A stretch of DNA of 61,057 nucleotides, the filler included. It is 6 parts of 6 records of this genome, joined end to end, with 100 filler letters (N's around TTAATTAATTAA, not from the genome) between each part and the next. Parts side by side here need not be neighbours in the genome. Positions count along the whole stretch, not along the records: positions 52,145 to 57,860 come from SRR20825010_1233; positions 57,961 to 61,057 come from SRR20825010_1234; 4 more parts are not named here. One strand, 5' to 3'. Of the stretch, positions 52,145 to 61,057 are shown piece after piece. Position numbers and translations under genes: made by a program. The first letter of the stretch is position 1. Each line of letters opens with the position of its first letter. The notes under the pieces are model-generated. The model saw only the letters and a program-made list of their open reading frames with translations, had not been told where the DNA came from and searched no databases.

Positions 52145-52849
52145 GTGCTGGTGTCCACATATCTGGCCGTTTCGCTCAATGCGCCGCTGGCTGATGACAG
52201 TCTCGTGGCGATGGATCTTTGGCTAGGTTTCGATGGTGCGGCGTTCATCCGCCTTGTCGACGGAATGCCGCTGCTCTCCTGGACCCTGATGCAGGCTTAC
52301 GCGTCTTTTGCGCTGCAACTGCTGGTGCTCCCCATGCTGCTGATCCTTTTTGGCCAGCCCGCGCGCGCATACGGACTGGTCCTCGCCTATGCATTGGTTG
52401 GCTATGTCTCGAGCGTCGTTTCAATCTGGTTTCCAGCATTGGGATCGCACGTCGTTTACGCCGTTGACCCTGCATCGCTGATATCGATCAATCCGCATTA
52501 TGGGTATGCCTTTCTTGAGCAGTTCCAAGCGGTTCGCGATCAGCCGGAGTTCCTGCTTACGCTCACGTCTGCGGAAGGCATCCTCACCTTCCCTTCGGTA
52601 CATGCTGCCGTGGCGCTATTGTGCGCGATCTCGGCATACAGCATCCCATTGCTTAGATATCCCTTTCTTGCGCTCAATGTCCTTATGGCGGTTGCAACTG
52701 TCACTCACAGCAATCACTACCTTGTCGATGTGCTTGCCGGCTTCGCGGTCGCGGCAGTCGCGCTCTATTGCGTACGGGGCCTGTCCCGCACGCCGTCGGT
52801 CGCTCTGATCCAGACTCTCAGGCTCAGCGGCGGCCGGAGCGCAGGCTAG
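52145..52849 (+). CDS. PAP2-superfamily membrane phosphatase/phosphotransferase (AUR1-like), 5' truncated
   Basis: WFPALG, TFPSVHAA, HSNHYLVDVLAG motifs among TM helices. Confidence 0.8.
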   Translation: MLVSTYLAVSLNAPLADDSLVAMDLWLGFDGAAFIRLVDGMPLLSWTLMQAYASFALQLLVLPMLLILFGQPARAYGLVLAYALVGYVSSVVSIWFPALGSHVVYAVDPASLISINPHYGYAFLEQFQAVRDQPEFLLTLTSAEGILTFPSVHAAVALLCAISAYSIPLLRYPFLALNVLMAVATVTHSNHYLVDVLAGFAVAAVALYCVRGLSRTPSVALIQTLRLSGGRSAG

Positions 52850-52862
52850 GACCCTTCCCGCA

Positions 52863-53231
52863 TCATTTCTGCCGCTTCTGCAGATCCAGCAGCCATTCCA
52901 CCACGTCGGCCTTCTCGTGATCGAACAGCCGGAACGTGGTCATCGGGAAATGGTCGGCCTCAAGGAACGCCTCGAACCAGGCACGGTCGCGGCCTGGAAT
53001 TGCGACCAGATCGGAATAGGGCGGGGCCATGTCGGGGGTAAGTTTTTCGCCCTCGCGGACGTGGCAGTCGCGGCACCATTCGTCGACCACCTTCTGCCCG
53101 CGCTTGACCGCCGCCCTGTCGGCCAGCGCCGGGCTGGCGGCGAGCGGCATGAGCACTGCCGCAAGCAGGAGCGCGCGCATGGCCGAAGCCGCCGTTGACG
53201 TGGTGCCGCGTGATGTCTGGATGATGCTCAT
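52863..53231 (-). CDS. Small monohaem cytochrome c
   Basis: Signal peptide (ALA-DR), CRDCH haem motif, HFPM axial Met candidate; start 53231 or 53180. Confidence 0.8.
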   Translation of the reverse strand: MSIIQTSRGTTSTAASAMRALLLAAVLMPLAASPALADRAAVKRGQKVVDEWCRDCHVREGEKLTPDMAPPYSDLVAIPGRDRAWFEAFLEADHFPMTTFRLFDHEKADVVEWLLDLQKRQK

Positions 53232-53300
53232 CGGTCCTGCCCGTTGCTTTCGTCTTGCGGTCAGGATGATCGAGGCCGGTCGCCGACGCAATGATCGGGA

Positions 53301-54185
53301 TCAAGCCCCGCTGATCCGGTCGCCCCAGCGGGCGCGCACGTCCGGCATCTGGCTGCGGCTGACCGGCAGGGCCTGGCCGTCGGTGGTTTGAACCGTCAGC
53401 CGCGGGTTCTTGCCGCCTTCCCGGGTCACCGATCTGACGCCGGCATCCGCGACCCAGTGCGAGCGGTGGATCTGCTGGCCGGTGTTGCCGCCGGTCTCGG
53501 CGATGGCGTCGCCAAGCCGCATCAGCAGCAGGTCCGTGCCCCTGGTGGTGACCACCAGCACGTAGTGGTCCTGCACCTCGAGCCGGATCAGCGGGCCGCG
53601 CTTTTCCACCGGCAACCGGTCAAGCAGGGCGGGACGGTCTGCCGGAGAAGGCGCGTTCGCGGCATCGTGCGCAGGCGTCCTTTTCTCCGCGCCGGTTGCG
53701 GTCGATGCGGCATCGGCATCGGGGGGCGGCTCTTGCTCCGCCCTTGCCCCGTCGCCGCTGGTCATGCTGAGCCAGGTAAGCAGGCAGAAGGCGATCGCGA
53801 TCGGAAGGGCGGTCAGGACGTTTTCAAGGAAGCGCTCGACATTGAGCGGCCGCATCAACAGCACGAAGTTGATCACGGTGATGGCCAGTCCCACGGGAAG
53901 CGCCGAGACCATGGCGCCCACCAGCATGCGGATCAGGCGGGAAGGGGTGCGCCGGCTCAAGACCACATCGAAGAACGAGATGCTTGCGAGCGCGCAGGCC
54001 CATGTCGTGGCATGCAGCACCAGCCAGTAGCCGAGGCGCGTGGGGAAGGCGAGCCGCTCATAGGTGCCGAACGGGCCGGTCAGGACGAACAGGGCCACCA
54101 CCAGCGCAAACACCAGCCAGAGTCGCGGACGGGACAGCAGCGCGCGCAGTTCACGAAGCGTGGATTGCAGCAACGTGTCGCTCAC
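53301..54185 (-). CDS. Membrane-anchored LytTR-domain regulator
   Basis: Four N-terminal TM helices (GPFGTY, RLGYW), Pro/Ala linker, LytTR QDHYV...MRLGDA...QIHRSHWV...PVSRS. Confidence 0.9.
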   Translation of the reverse strand: MSDTLLQSTLRELRALLSRPRLWLVFALVVALFVLTGPFGTYERLAFPTRLGYWLVLHATTWACALASISFFDVVLSRRTPSRLIRMLVGAMVSALPVGLAITVINFVLLMRPLNVERFLENVLTALPIAIAFCLLTWLSMTSGDGARAEQEPPPDADAASTATGAEKRTPAHDAANAPSPADRPALLDRLPVEKRGPLIRLEVQDHYVLVVTTRGTDLLLMRLGDAIAETGGNTGQQIHRSHWVADAGVRSVTREGGKNPRLTVQTTDGQALPVSRSQMPDVRARWGDRISGA

Positions 54186-54320
54186 GAAGTTCTCCGGGTC
54201 ACAGACGCATCAGGCGTTGAGGATCGGCGGCGACCATGGCCGATGGGGGCGGACTTGGCAATCGGACAGCAGGCCTTTCGGAAATTGGGTGCCTGCGGTC
54301 CACAACAATGGACACTCTTC

Positions 54321-55271
54321 ATGACACTTGAACCTCTTCTCAATGCCAGCCCCGCCATACAGTTGCACGTCGCAACCGTCGTGCCCGCGGCGCTGATCGG
54401 CGGCCTCATGCTGATCCTGCGCAAAGGCACCTATCTGCACCGGATGGCCGGACGGCTCTGGATCGGGCTGATGGTGCTGACCGCGCTGTCGAGCTTCTTC
54501 ATTCACGAGATCAACCTGTTTTTCGGCTTCTCGCCGATCCACCTGCTCTCGATCGTGGTGCTGGTCAGCGCCGTCGAAGTGGTCCGCTCGGCGCGGCGGC
54601 GCAATTTCGTTCGCCATCAGCGGCTGGTCAAATCGCTCTATTTTGGCGGCATCGGCATCGCCGGGCTGTTCACGCTGCTGCCCGGACGGGTCATGCACGA
54701 GATGGCGTTTGCGCCGGCGCTGGCCGAACCGGCTCAAGCCGCGGCTCCGGCGGCAGCGCAGGCCGCCACCGGCGCACCGATCTGGGTGTGGCCGTTGCTC
54801 GTGGCGCTGATCGCGCTTGGCGTCAGCCGGATGCGCGATCGGGAAATGCCGGCGTGGCGGTTGCTGCTGCTGCCGGCGATCCTGATCGGCATATCGATGA
54901 TCACCGCGCTTGTTGGCGGCTTGAACGCAGCCAGTCTCGTTGCGATGGCAACCGGCCTCGGGTTGGGAGCGATTGCCGGATGGGCAACGATGCGCAATGT
55001 GGTGGTTGTCCGGCTCGCCGGAAACCGGATCCGGGTGAAGGGCGAAGCCGTCTCGCTGATCGCCATCCTCGGGATCTTCGCCAGCCGTTTTGCCGCCGGC
55101 ACGCTTGCGGCAGCCGCGCCGCACATCCTGGAAAATCCGGGCGTTGCGGAACTTTTCGTCCTGCTGCCGGCACTCTTCGCGGCGCTGATGGCTGCCCGTG
55201 CGCTGGCGCAGGCGGGATACAATCCTCTCGGCGCCACGCGTGAGCAGTTGACCCGGCAAGCAGAGTGTTGA
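54321..55271 (+). CDS. Membrane protein: DUF2306-like domain fused to a DUF6622/CcdC-like domain
   Basis: ATG 54321; LH..RKGT.LHR..GR.W, FSPIHLLS, FTLLPGR; Ala linker; PIWVWPLL..LG..R.R second module. The upstream part of the 627-aa ORF is LytTR antisense. Confidence 0.75.
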   Translation: MTLEPLLNASPAIQLHVATVVPAALIGGLMLILRKGTYLHRMAGRLWIGLMVLTALSSFFIHEINLFFGFSPIHLLSIVVLVSAVEVVRSARRRNFVRHQRLVKSLYFGGIGIAGLFTLLPGRVMHEMAFAPALAEPAQAAAPAAAQAATGAPIWVWPLLVALIALGVSRMRDREMPAWRLLLLPAILIGISMITALVGGLNAASLVAMATGLGLGAIAGWATMRNVVVVRLAGNRIRVKGEAVSLIAILGIFASRFAAGTLAAAAPHILENPGVAELFVLLPALFAALMAARALAQAGYNPLGATREQLTRQAEC

Positions 55272-55327
55272 AACTGCCGCTGGCGGCGCTTACAAGCAAG
55301 ATCTAACGCCGCCGGGGAGTTGAAAGC

Positions 55328-56241
55328 ATGGACTGGAAGGGCCGTCGCCAGAGCGACAATATCGAGGATCGGCGCGGAACCTCATCGCGCGGCGGCAACC
55401 CGTTCGGGCGCGGCGGCATCAGGTTGCCCAGCGGCGGCATGCGCCGCTCGGGACTGAGCTTCAAGACCATCCTGATCATCGGCGTCATCTATCTCGTGCT
55501 CAGGTTCATGGGCATCGATCCGCTGCAGATGCTTGGCGGCGATCCCGGCACGGTGCTGACCGGGCAGCCGTCCGGGGCGGGCAGCCAGATTTCCGAGACC
55601 CGCAAGGACGAGATGACGCAATTCGTCGCTACCGTTCTGGCCGAGACCGAGGACGTCTGGAACGGCATCATGAAATCGCAGGGCTTCGACTATCCCGAGC
55701 CCAAGCTGGTGCTGTTTTCCGGCGCGGTGGCGTCTGCCTGCGGCAACGCCAGTTCCGCGTCCGGTCCGTTCTACTGCCCCGGCGACCAGAAGGTCTATAT
55801 CGACCTGACGTTCTTCGACGAGCTGGCGCAGCGCTTCAAGGCGTCGGGCGATTTCGCCCAGGCCTATGTGCTGGCCCACGAGGTCGGTCACCACGTGCAG
55901 AACCTGATCGGCGTGCTGCCCGAATTCAACCGGATGCGCCGCTCTATGAGCCAGAGCGAGCAGAACCAGATGTCGATCCGGGTCGAGTTGCAGGCCGATT
56001 GCTTTGCCGGCATCTGGGGCCATTACACCGCGCAGAAGGGCATTCTCGAGCGCGGCGACCTGGAAGAGGCGCTCAACGCCGCCAAACAGATCGGCGACGA
56101 CACGCTGCAGCGCCGCACGCAAGGCTATGTGTGCCCGAGAGCTTCAACCACGGCACCTCGGCGCAGCGCAAGGAGTGGTTCGCCCGCGGCTTCGAGTCGG
56201 GCCGGCTGGAAGCCTGCGACACGTTCAACAACCCGGTGTGA
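55328..56241 (+). pseudogene. YpfJ-like neutral zinc metallopeptidase with a 1-nt frameshift near 56130 (true lesion or sequencing error)
   Basis: [33 protein letters not shown]; conserved end [21 protein letters not shown] lies in another frame and ends at 56241. Confidence 0.75.
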
Positions 56242-56275
56242 AGCCACGTCATACAAATTATTACCCCTCATTATT

Positions 56276-56291
56276 TTAGGATTCGCTTAAC
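56276..56291 (+). promoter_or_regulatory. Possible CtrA box upstream of the MCP gene
   Basis: TTAG-gattcgc-TTAAC, one mismatch to TTAA-N7-TTAAC. Confidence 0.4.
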
Positions 56292-56425
56292 CTTTCTTGG
56301 GGAGACCCCGTGGGATTTGAGGGGGCCGATCGGCGGGCTCCAACTGCCCGCGTCCGGCAATGGCATGAAGCCTGTTTTCGGGGCCGATGAACGGTTCCCA
56401 GCTCCAGATCCCAGGCAGGCTGCCC

Positions 56426-57860
56426 ATGACACTCAGAACCCGCATTTTCCTTCTGGCCCCGCTTGCCATTCTCGGCATGCTGCTCGTCGGGTCGATTTTC
56501 TATTTTGGCGAAAGGGTCGAGCAGGACTACCGCGCCGACCTCGAGAGGATCCAGGATCTCTATATCCTCGACCAGGACCTGGAGATGTCGCTGTTGCAGG
56601 CGCGGCGGGCGGAGAAGGATTTCCTTCTGCGCAAGCGCGAGACCGACGTCAGCCGGCATGGCGAAGTATCCTCGGCGGCCGAGGCGCAGATCCAGCGGTT
56701 GCAAAGCCTCGCGTCACAGGGCTTCCCCGGCCAACTCGACAAGCAGGTCGCGGCGCTCGATGAGGGTTTCAAGCGTTACGCTGCCACGTTCAACGAACTG
56801 GCCGAGAAGGTCCGCATCCTCGGTCTTGACGAGGAAAGCGGACTGCAGGGATCGCTGCGCGATGCCGTACAGGAAGCCGAAACCGTGCTGGAGACGCTGG
56901 AACAGCCGGATCTCAATGTGAAAATGCTGATGATGCGGCGTCATGAAAAAGATTTCATCATGCGCGTCGACGAGAAATATGTCGGCCGCCTCAACGACCG
57001 CGTGGCGGAATTCAAGCAGTTTCCGGCATCAATGTTCGGTTCCGCCGGCAAACGCGATGAAGTGTTTTCGCTGATCGACAGCTACCAGGCCGATTTCCTG
57101 CAATTTGCATCCTCGACGATTGAAGAGCGCGAATTGCGGTCGCAACTTTCCGCGAACTATGCGGAAATCGAGCCGGTGCTCGCCGAAATCCGTTCCTTCC
57201 TGTCCGAGCGCCGCGATGCCACCGCTGCGGAACTCGCCACCGCCAAGGCCAGTATCGGCAAGCTGGTGGTTCTTGTGACCGGCGTCGCCATGCTGATCAT
57301 CGGCGTCGTCGCCGTCTTGGTGGCGCGATCGGTCGGCAAGCCGCTGGCAGCAACTGTCTCGGCTCTGCAGGCGCTGGCGCGCGGCGAGACCGGCGTCGTC
57401 ATCGAGGGCCGTGACCGCAAGGACGAGATCGGCGGTATCGCCGTCGCTTTCGATGCCTGCCAGGCGCTTGCGGTCGAGAAGGCCCGCCGGGAACAGGAAG
57501 AGGCCAATGCACGCGACGCCGCGGAGCGCCAGCGCCACGAAGAGCAGGCGCGCCAGGACGCGGAGCGCAAGCGCAATCTGGAAACCGCCATCGGCGCGCT
57601 CGACGATGCGCTCGGCAAGCTGGCCGACGGCGATCTGACGACGCATATCTCCCAGCCCTTCGTCGGCGAACTCGACAGCCTCAGGACCTCGTTCAACAGT
57701 TCCGTCGAAAAGCTCAGCGAGACGCTTACCGAGATCAGGGGGAACACCGACAGCATCCTGGCCCATTCACAGGAAATGCGCAGCGCGGTCGACGACCTGT
57801 CGAAGCGGACCGAACGGCAGGCGGCCTCGCTCGAGGAAAGCTCGGCGGCGCTCGAGGAAA
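56426..57860 (+). CDS. Methyl-accepting chemotaxis protein (3' truncated)
   Basis: TM1, periplasmic LQARRAEKDF/MMRRHEKDF repeats, TM2, HAMP (RKDEIG), RTERQAASLEE methylation helix. Confidence 0.92.
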
Positions 57861-57960
57861 NNNNNNNNNNNNNNNNNNNNNNNNNNNNNNNNNNNNNNNN
57901 NNNNTTAATTAATTAANNNNNNNNNNNNNNNNNNNNNNNNNNNNNNNNNNNNNNNNNNNN
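57861..57960. other. Artificial contig linker
   Basis: 44 N + TTAATTAATTAA + 44 N. Confidence 0.98.
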
Positions 57961-58929
57961 GTGAACGGGGTCACAACGGCCCGTGTGGCCTTGACCGCAG
58001 AACGACCCAAAGCTGCAAACACGCCAAACCCGCAACAACCCGCGGCTGCAAAACCGCATCAAACAGGTCAGCGCCCGCAGGGTGCATCGCAAAAACCGCT
58101 TGAACTGCCGACCGTGCGCAGCATCATAACCGTTGCTTCGGGCAAAGGCGGGGTGGGGAAATCAACCACCTCGGTTAATCTTGCACTGTCGCTTGTCGCC
58201 AAGGGACTGAAGGTCGGTTTGCTTGATGCAGACATTTATGGCCCGAGTCTCCCGCGCATGATGGGCCTTCGCGATGCCAAACCGACCCCGTCGGGCACAC
58301 AGGGTAAAATGATCCCGCCATCGGCCTTTGGCATGCGCGTCATGTCGATCGGTTTCATGGTGGATGAAGAACAGCCCGTGATCTGGCGCGGACCCATGGC
58401 GATGGGTGCACTTGAACAGCTTTTGCGCGATACCGATTGGGGCGATCTCGATGTTCTGGTTGTCGATATGCCGCCCGGCACGGGCGATATTCAGCTTTCC
58501 ATGGCCCAGCGCGTTCCGGTCACCGGGGCCGTGATTGTCTCCACCCCGCAGGACATTGCCCTTCTGGATGCCCGCAAAGGGCTGAATATGTTCCGCAAGG
58601 TCAATGTGCCGGTCTTTGGCCTGATCGAAAACATGTCCTATTACAAATGCCCCGAATGCGGCCATGTCGATCACATCTTTGATCATGGCGGGGCGCACAA
58701 GGCGGCAGATGAGCTGGGCGTGCCGTTCCTTGGTGAAATTCCGCTGGATCTTAAAATCCGACTGGGGGCTGATGAAGGCAAACCGATTGTGTGCACAGAG
58801 CCTGACGGCGAACATGCCAAGGCCTATGGCGCAATCGCGGACAAGATTGCAGCAGCAATTGATGATCAGGTCGGCCCGACGACCGAGCCGAAGAAAAAAA
58901 GCCTGTTCCCGAAAATCAGCTTTAAGTAA
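57961..58929 (+). CDS. apbC: Mrp/ApbC Fe-S cluster carrier ATPase (5' truncated)
   Basis: SGKGGVGKST, DADIYGPS, WRGPM, DMPPGTGD, STPQ, ENMS..CPECGH. Confidence 0.93.
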   Translation: MNGVTTARVALTAERPKAANTPNPQQPAAAKPHQTGQRPQGASQKPLELPTVRSIITVASGKGGVGKSTTSVNLALSLVAKGLKVGLLDADIYGPSLPRMMGLRDAKPTPSGTQGKMIPPSAFGMRVMSIGFMVDEEQPVIWRGPMAMGALEQLLRDTDWGDLDVLVVDMPPGTGDIQLSMAQRVPVTGAVIVSTPQDIALLDARKGLNMFRKVNVPVFGLIENMSYYKCPECGHVDHIFDHGGAHKAADELGVPFLGEIPLDLKIRLGADEGKPIVCTEPDGEHAKAYGAIADKIAAAIDDQVGPTTEPKKKSLFPKISFK

Positions 58930-58969
58930 CGCCTTACGTAAAAAGACCTTTTATCACTTTGATACAAGC

Positions 58970-58998
58970 AAACCCCGCCACACAGATGGCGGGGTTTT
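58970..58998. terminator. Bidirectional terminator
   Basis: AAACCCCGCCA-cacaga-TGGCGGGGTTTT between convergent genes. Confidence 0.8.
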
Positions 58999-59015
58999 GT
59001 GTGTTTGGCATGTGA

Positions 59016-59420
59016 CTACGCCGCCATGATTTTCGCTGTCGTGGCAAGCTGGCGATACTCGATACTCGCCAAAACAATCACCGCAATGGCTTGGACGATG
59101 ACAAAGGCGTTTCCCAGCATGGTCGGATTGATGGTCGGAAGGGCGAGAAGGCCAAAACTTGCGACGACCCATCCGACATTCCCAACAATAATCAACCATA
59201 CCAAGTGCCGATTTGGTTGTGCCTGTTTGCCTGTGAAATACATCAGGGCAGCACAGGGGAACAGGACCAGACCGGCATAAAACAGAAGGTCGGTGGACAA
59301 GCCCAGCCATCCTGCCAATGGCACGGTACCAAGGCACAGCAACAAGCCAAAGACCAAGCAGGTTGCGGCATCCATCATCAAGATGGTTTTGAGTATTTTC
59401 ACATTCGTATTTGCAGACAT
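59016..59420 (-). CDS. Small four-TM membrane protein
   Basis: 134 aa from ATG 59420 after a GAAAAGGGAA RBS; MDAATC, AGLVL, GNVGWV, QAIAV..LA..EY. Confidence 0.75.
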   Translation of the reverse strand: MSANTNVKILKTILMMDAATCLVFGLLLCLGTVPLAGWLGLSTDLLFYAGLVLFPCAALMYFTGKQAQPNRHLVWLIIVGNVGWVVASFGLLALPTINPTMLGNAFVIVQAIAVIVLASIEYRQLATTAKIMAA

Positions 59421-59481
59421 CACGTTTCCCTTTTCGTTGGTGGTGATATCGGCAATTTGCCGCATTCAGGTAATCAAGGCG

Positions 59482-59498
59482 ATTACGTCACAGGTAAT
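59482..59498. promoter_or_regulatory. Palindromic operator candidate for the XRE/MmyB regulator
   Basis: ATTACGT-cac-AGGTAAT (7-3-7, one mismatch) plus an extra AGGTAAT half-site at 59468. Confidence 0.6.
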
Positions 59499-59551
59499 GT
59501 TTTGACAGATTGTTTGGTGGTAACCTGTTTGCAGTTTAAACGGGAAATGCA

Positions 59552-60430
59552 ATGAGACAGGTAAACCACGATCAGTTTGCGGCCGCCTTGAAAACATGGC
59601 GAAAGCAGCGTCGTCTAAGTCAGTTGGATCTCGCCAGCGAGGCACAGATTTCGACCCGGCATCTTAGTTTTCTTGAAACCGGGCGGTCAAAACCCAGCCG
59701 CGACATGGTCCTGCATCTTGCCGATTGTCTTGATGTCCCTTTGCGTGACCGCAACAGCCTTTTGGTCGCTGGTGGCTTTGCTCCGATCTACGCCGAACAT
59801 GATTTCAATGATGATCAATCAGCGGGTATTCGCGTGGCTGTTGAACAGATACTCTCAGCACACGAACCCTATCCGGCACTGGCAATGGACCGTCACTGGA
59901 ACATGGTGGCATCGAACCGCATCGTGCCAATGTTGCTGGCGGACGTTGATCCGGAATTGTTACGTGCCCCGGTCAATCTACTGCGGTTAAGTTTGCATCC
60001 CGGCGGGTTAGCACGGCGCGTGGTTAATTTTACCGAATGGCGCGATCATTTGTTGGATCGATTGCGGCGTCAGATTGATGTGACGGCAGATGCTACCTTA
60101 CGTGGCCTTTATGATGAAGCCAGTCATTACCGCATGCCGAACGATGGAGCGGATAGTACCATTGATCAGGATACCGATGGTGGTGCCCTGTCGGGGCTTG
60201 TCGTGCCGCTTGTTCTGCAGACCGATTTGGGGATCATGCGATTTATCAGTACGACCACGGTGTTTGGGACGCCGGTTGAAGTTTCATTGTCCGAACTTGC
60301 CATCGAGACATTGTTGCCCGCGGACGGGCCAACAGGCAGCGCCCTGCATAACTGGCGGGGGCATTTAAAACAAAACCCCGCCAGATTGCTCCGGCGGGGT
60401 TTTGTCAATGAAATCGGTACGGCTTACTGA
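59552..60430 (+). CDS. XRE-family HTH regulator with MmyB-like ligand-binding domain
   Basis: WRKQRRLSQLDLA..ISTRHLSFLETGRSKPSR, HEPYPALAMDRHWN, TVFGTPVEVSLSELAIE; 3' end doubtful. Confidence 0.9.
   Translation: MRQVNHDQFAAALKTWRKQRRLSQLDLASEAQISTRHLSFLETGRSKPSRDMVLHLADCLDVPLRDRNSLLVAGGFAPIYAEHDFNDDQSAGIRVAVEQILSAHEPYPALAMDRHWNMVASNRIVPMLLADVDPELLRAPVNLLRLSLHPGGLARRVVNFTEWRDHLLDRLRRQIDVTADATLRGLYDEASHYRMPNDGADSTIDQDTDGGALSGLVVPLVLQTDLGIMRFISTTTVFGTPVEVSLSELAIETLLPADGPTGSALHNWRGHLKQNPARLLRRGFVNEIGTAY
60370..60405. terminator. Bidirectional terminator
   Basis: ACAAAACCCCGCC-N10-GGCGGGGTTTTGT, just downstream of purL. Confidence 0.75.
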
Positions 60431-61057
60431 ACGGCTTCGGCCATGAAGGATGGCATCCAGCCTTCGTTCAGATCGCGCAGTTCCGAAACGCTGACTTTGC
60501 TCTCGCCTTCGATGCTTACCGCATCGCCACCGGCCTGACCGATGATGACAGCCGCAACATTGGCACTGGCAGCAGCATTAAGAACTTGATCGGGATCGCG
60601 TGTTGCAATCACATAGCGGCCCTGATCTTCGCCAAACAGCCATGCAGCTTCGCTGCCCTGTTCTGGCAGGTTGATGTCGGCACCGATATTGCCTGCAAGG
60701 CACATCTCGGCAACCGTGACCAGAAGACCGCCATCGGCGATGTCGTGGCAGGTCCGTACTACGCCAAGCTCGATCAGTTCACGGACCAGCGTACCGGTAC
60801 GTTTTTCAGCATTCAGATCGACCGGCGGCGGGGCGCCTTCTTCGCGCCCTTCGATGGTCTTGAGATACAGCGACTGACCAAGTTCACCGGTCGCAGCACC
60901 AATCATGATCAATGCACTGTCATCACGCTTCAGCGCGATGGTGGCATGGTGACCAAGATCGGAAATAACACCAACGCCGCCAATTGCCGGGGTCGGCATG
61001 ATGCCAACGCCATTGGTTTCGTTATACAGCGACACGTTGCCCGAAACGACCGGGAAG
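60424..61057 (-). CDS. purL: Phosphoribosylformylglycinamidine synthase PurL (C-terminal part; runs off the window)
   Basis: FPVVSGNVSLYNET, PTPAIGGVG, CHDIADGGL, LFGEDQGRY. Confidence 0.95.
   Translation of the reverse strand, partial: FPVVSGNVSLYNETNGVGIMPTPAIGGVGVISDLGHHATIALKRDDSALIMIGAATGELGQSLYLKTIEGREEGAPPPVDLNAEKRTGTLVRELIELGVVRTCHDIADGGLLVTVAEMCLAGNIGADINLPEQGSEAAWLFGEDQGRYVIATRDPDQVLNAAASANVAAVIIGQAGGDAVSIEGESKVSVSELRDLNEGWMPSFMAEAVQ

Noticed and set aside
53388-54320. Apparent 311-aa N-terminal extension of the 627-aa ORF
   Set aside because: It is mostly antisense to the LytTR gene; the membrane protein sequence begins at ATG 54321.

Overview
The window is not one continuous locus. 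It holds six alphaproteobacterial-looking contigs joined by identical 100-bp linkers (44 N + TTAATTAATTAA + 44 N): 1-20513, 20614-37081, 37182-46545, 46646-52044, 52145-57860 and 57961-61057. Base composition and codon style differ by eye, so they may come from different organisms, and synteny must not be read across linkers. Contig 1 has groESL with a perfect CIRCE, a His-rich TPR protein, an FprA-type reductase, a divergent alpha/beta-hydrolase / XRE-MmyB regulator pair, sppA-msrB, azoR, kynA-kynB-kynU, a tandem TonB-C protein and a cut tRNA-Gln. Contig 2 has aroQ-accB-accC, thiS-thiG, a BepA/DsbA pair, a degenerate gamma-glutamyltransferase, crotonases, a diguanylate cyclase, an aldehyde dehydrogenase and a DEAD-box helicase. 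Contig 3 is an accessory hydantoinase/oxoprolinase + ABC + OsmC + DMT cluster followed by IS debris. Contig 4 has a tRNA-Leu 3' end and rnd-kdsD-lptCAB-rpoN. Contig 5 has a PAP2-family gene, a cytochrome c, a membrane LytTR regulator opposite a two-module membrane fusion, a frameshifted YpfJ peptidase and an MCP. Contig 6 has mrp/apbC, a second XRE-MmyB divergent pair and purL. The best candidate for an undescribed system is a Tat-signal alpha/beta-hydrolase that keeps the Asp nucleophile but has no catalytic His, like a natural HaloTag. It sits opposite an XRE-MmyB regulator whose palindromic operator recurs beside the homologous regulator in contig 6. I saw no CRISPR array, rRNA or phage. 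All family calls come from motif recognition, not database searches.
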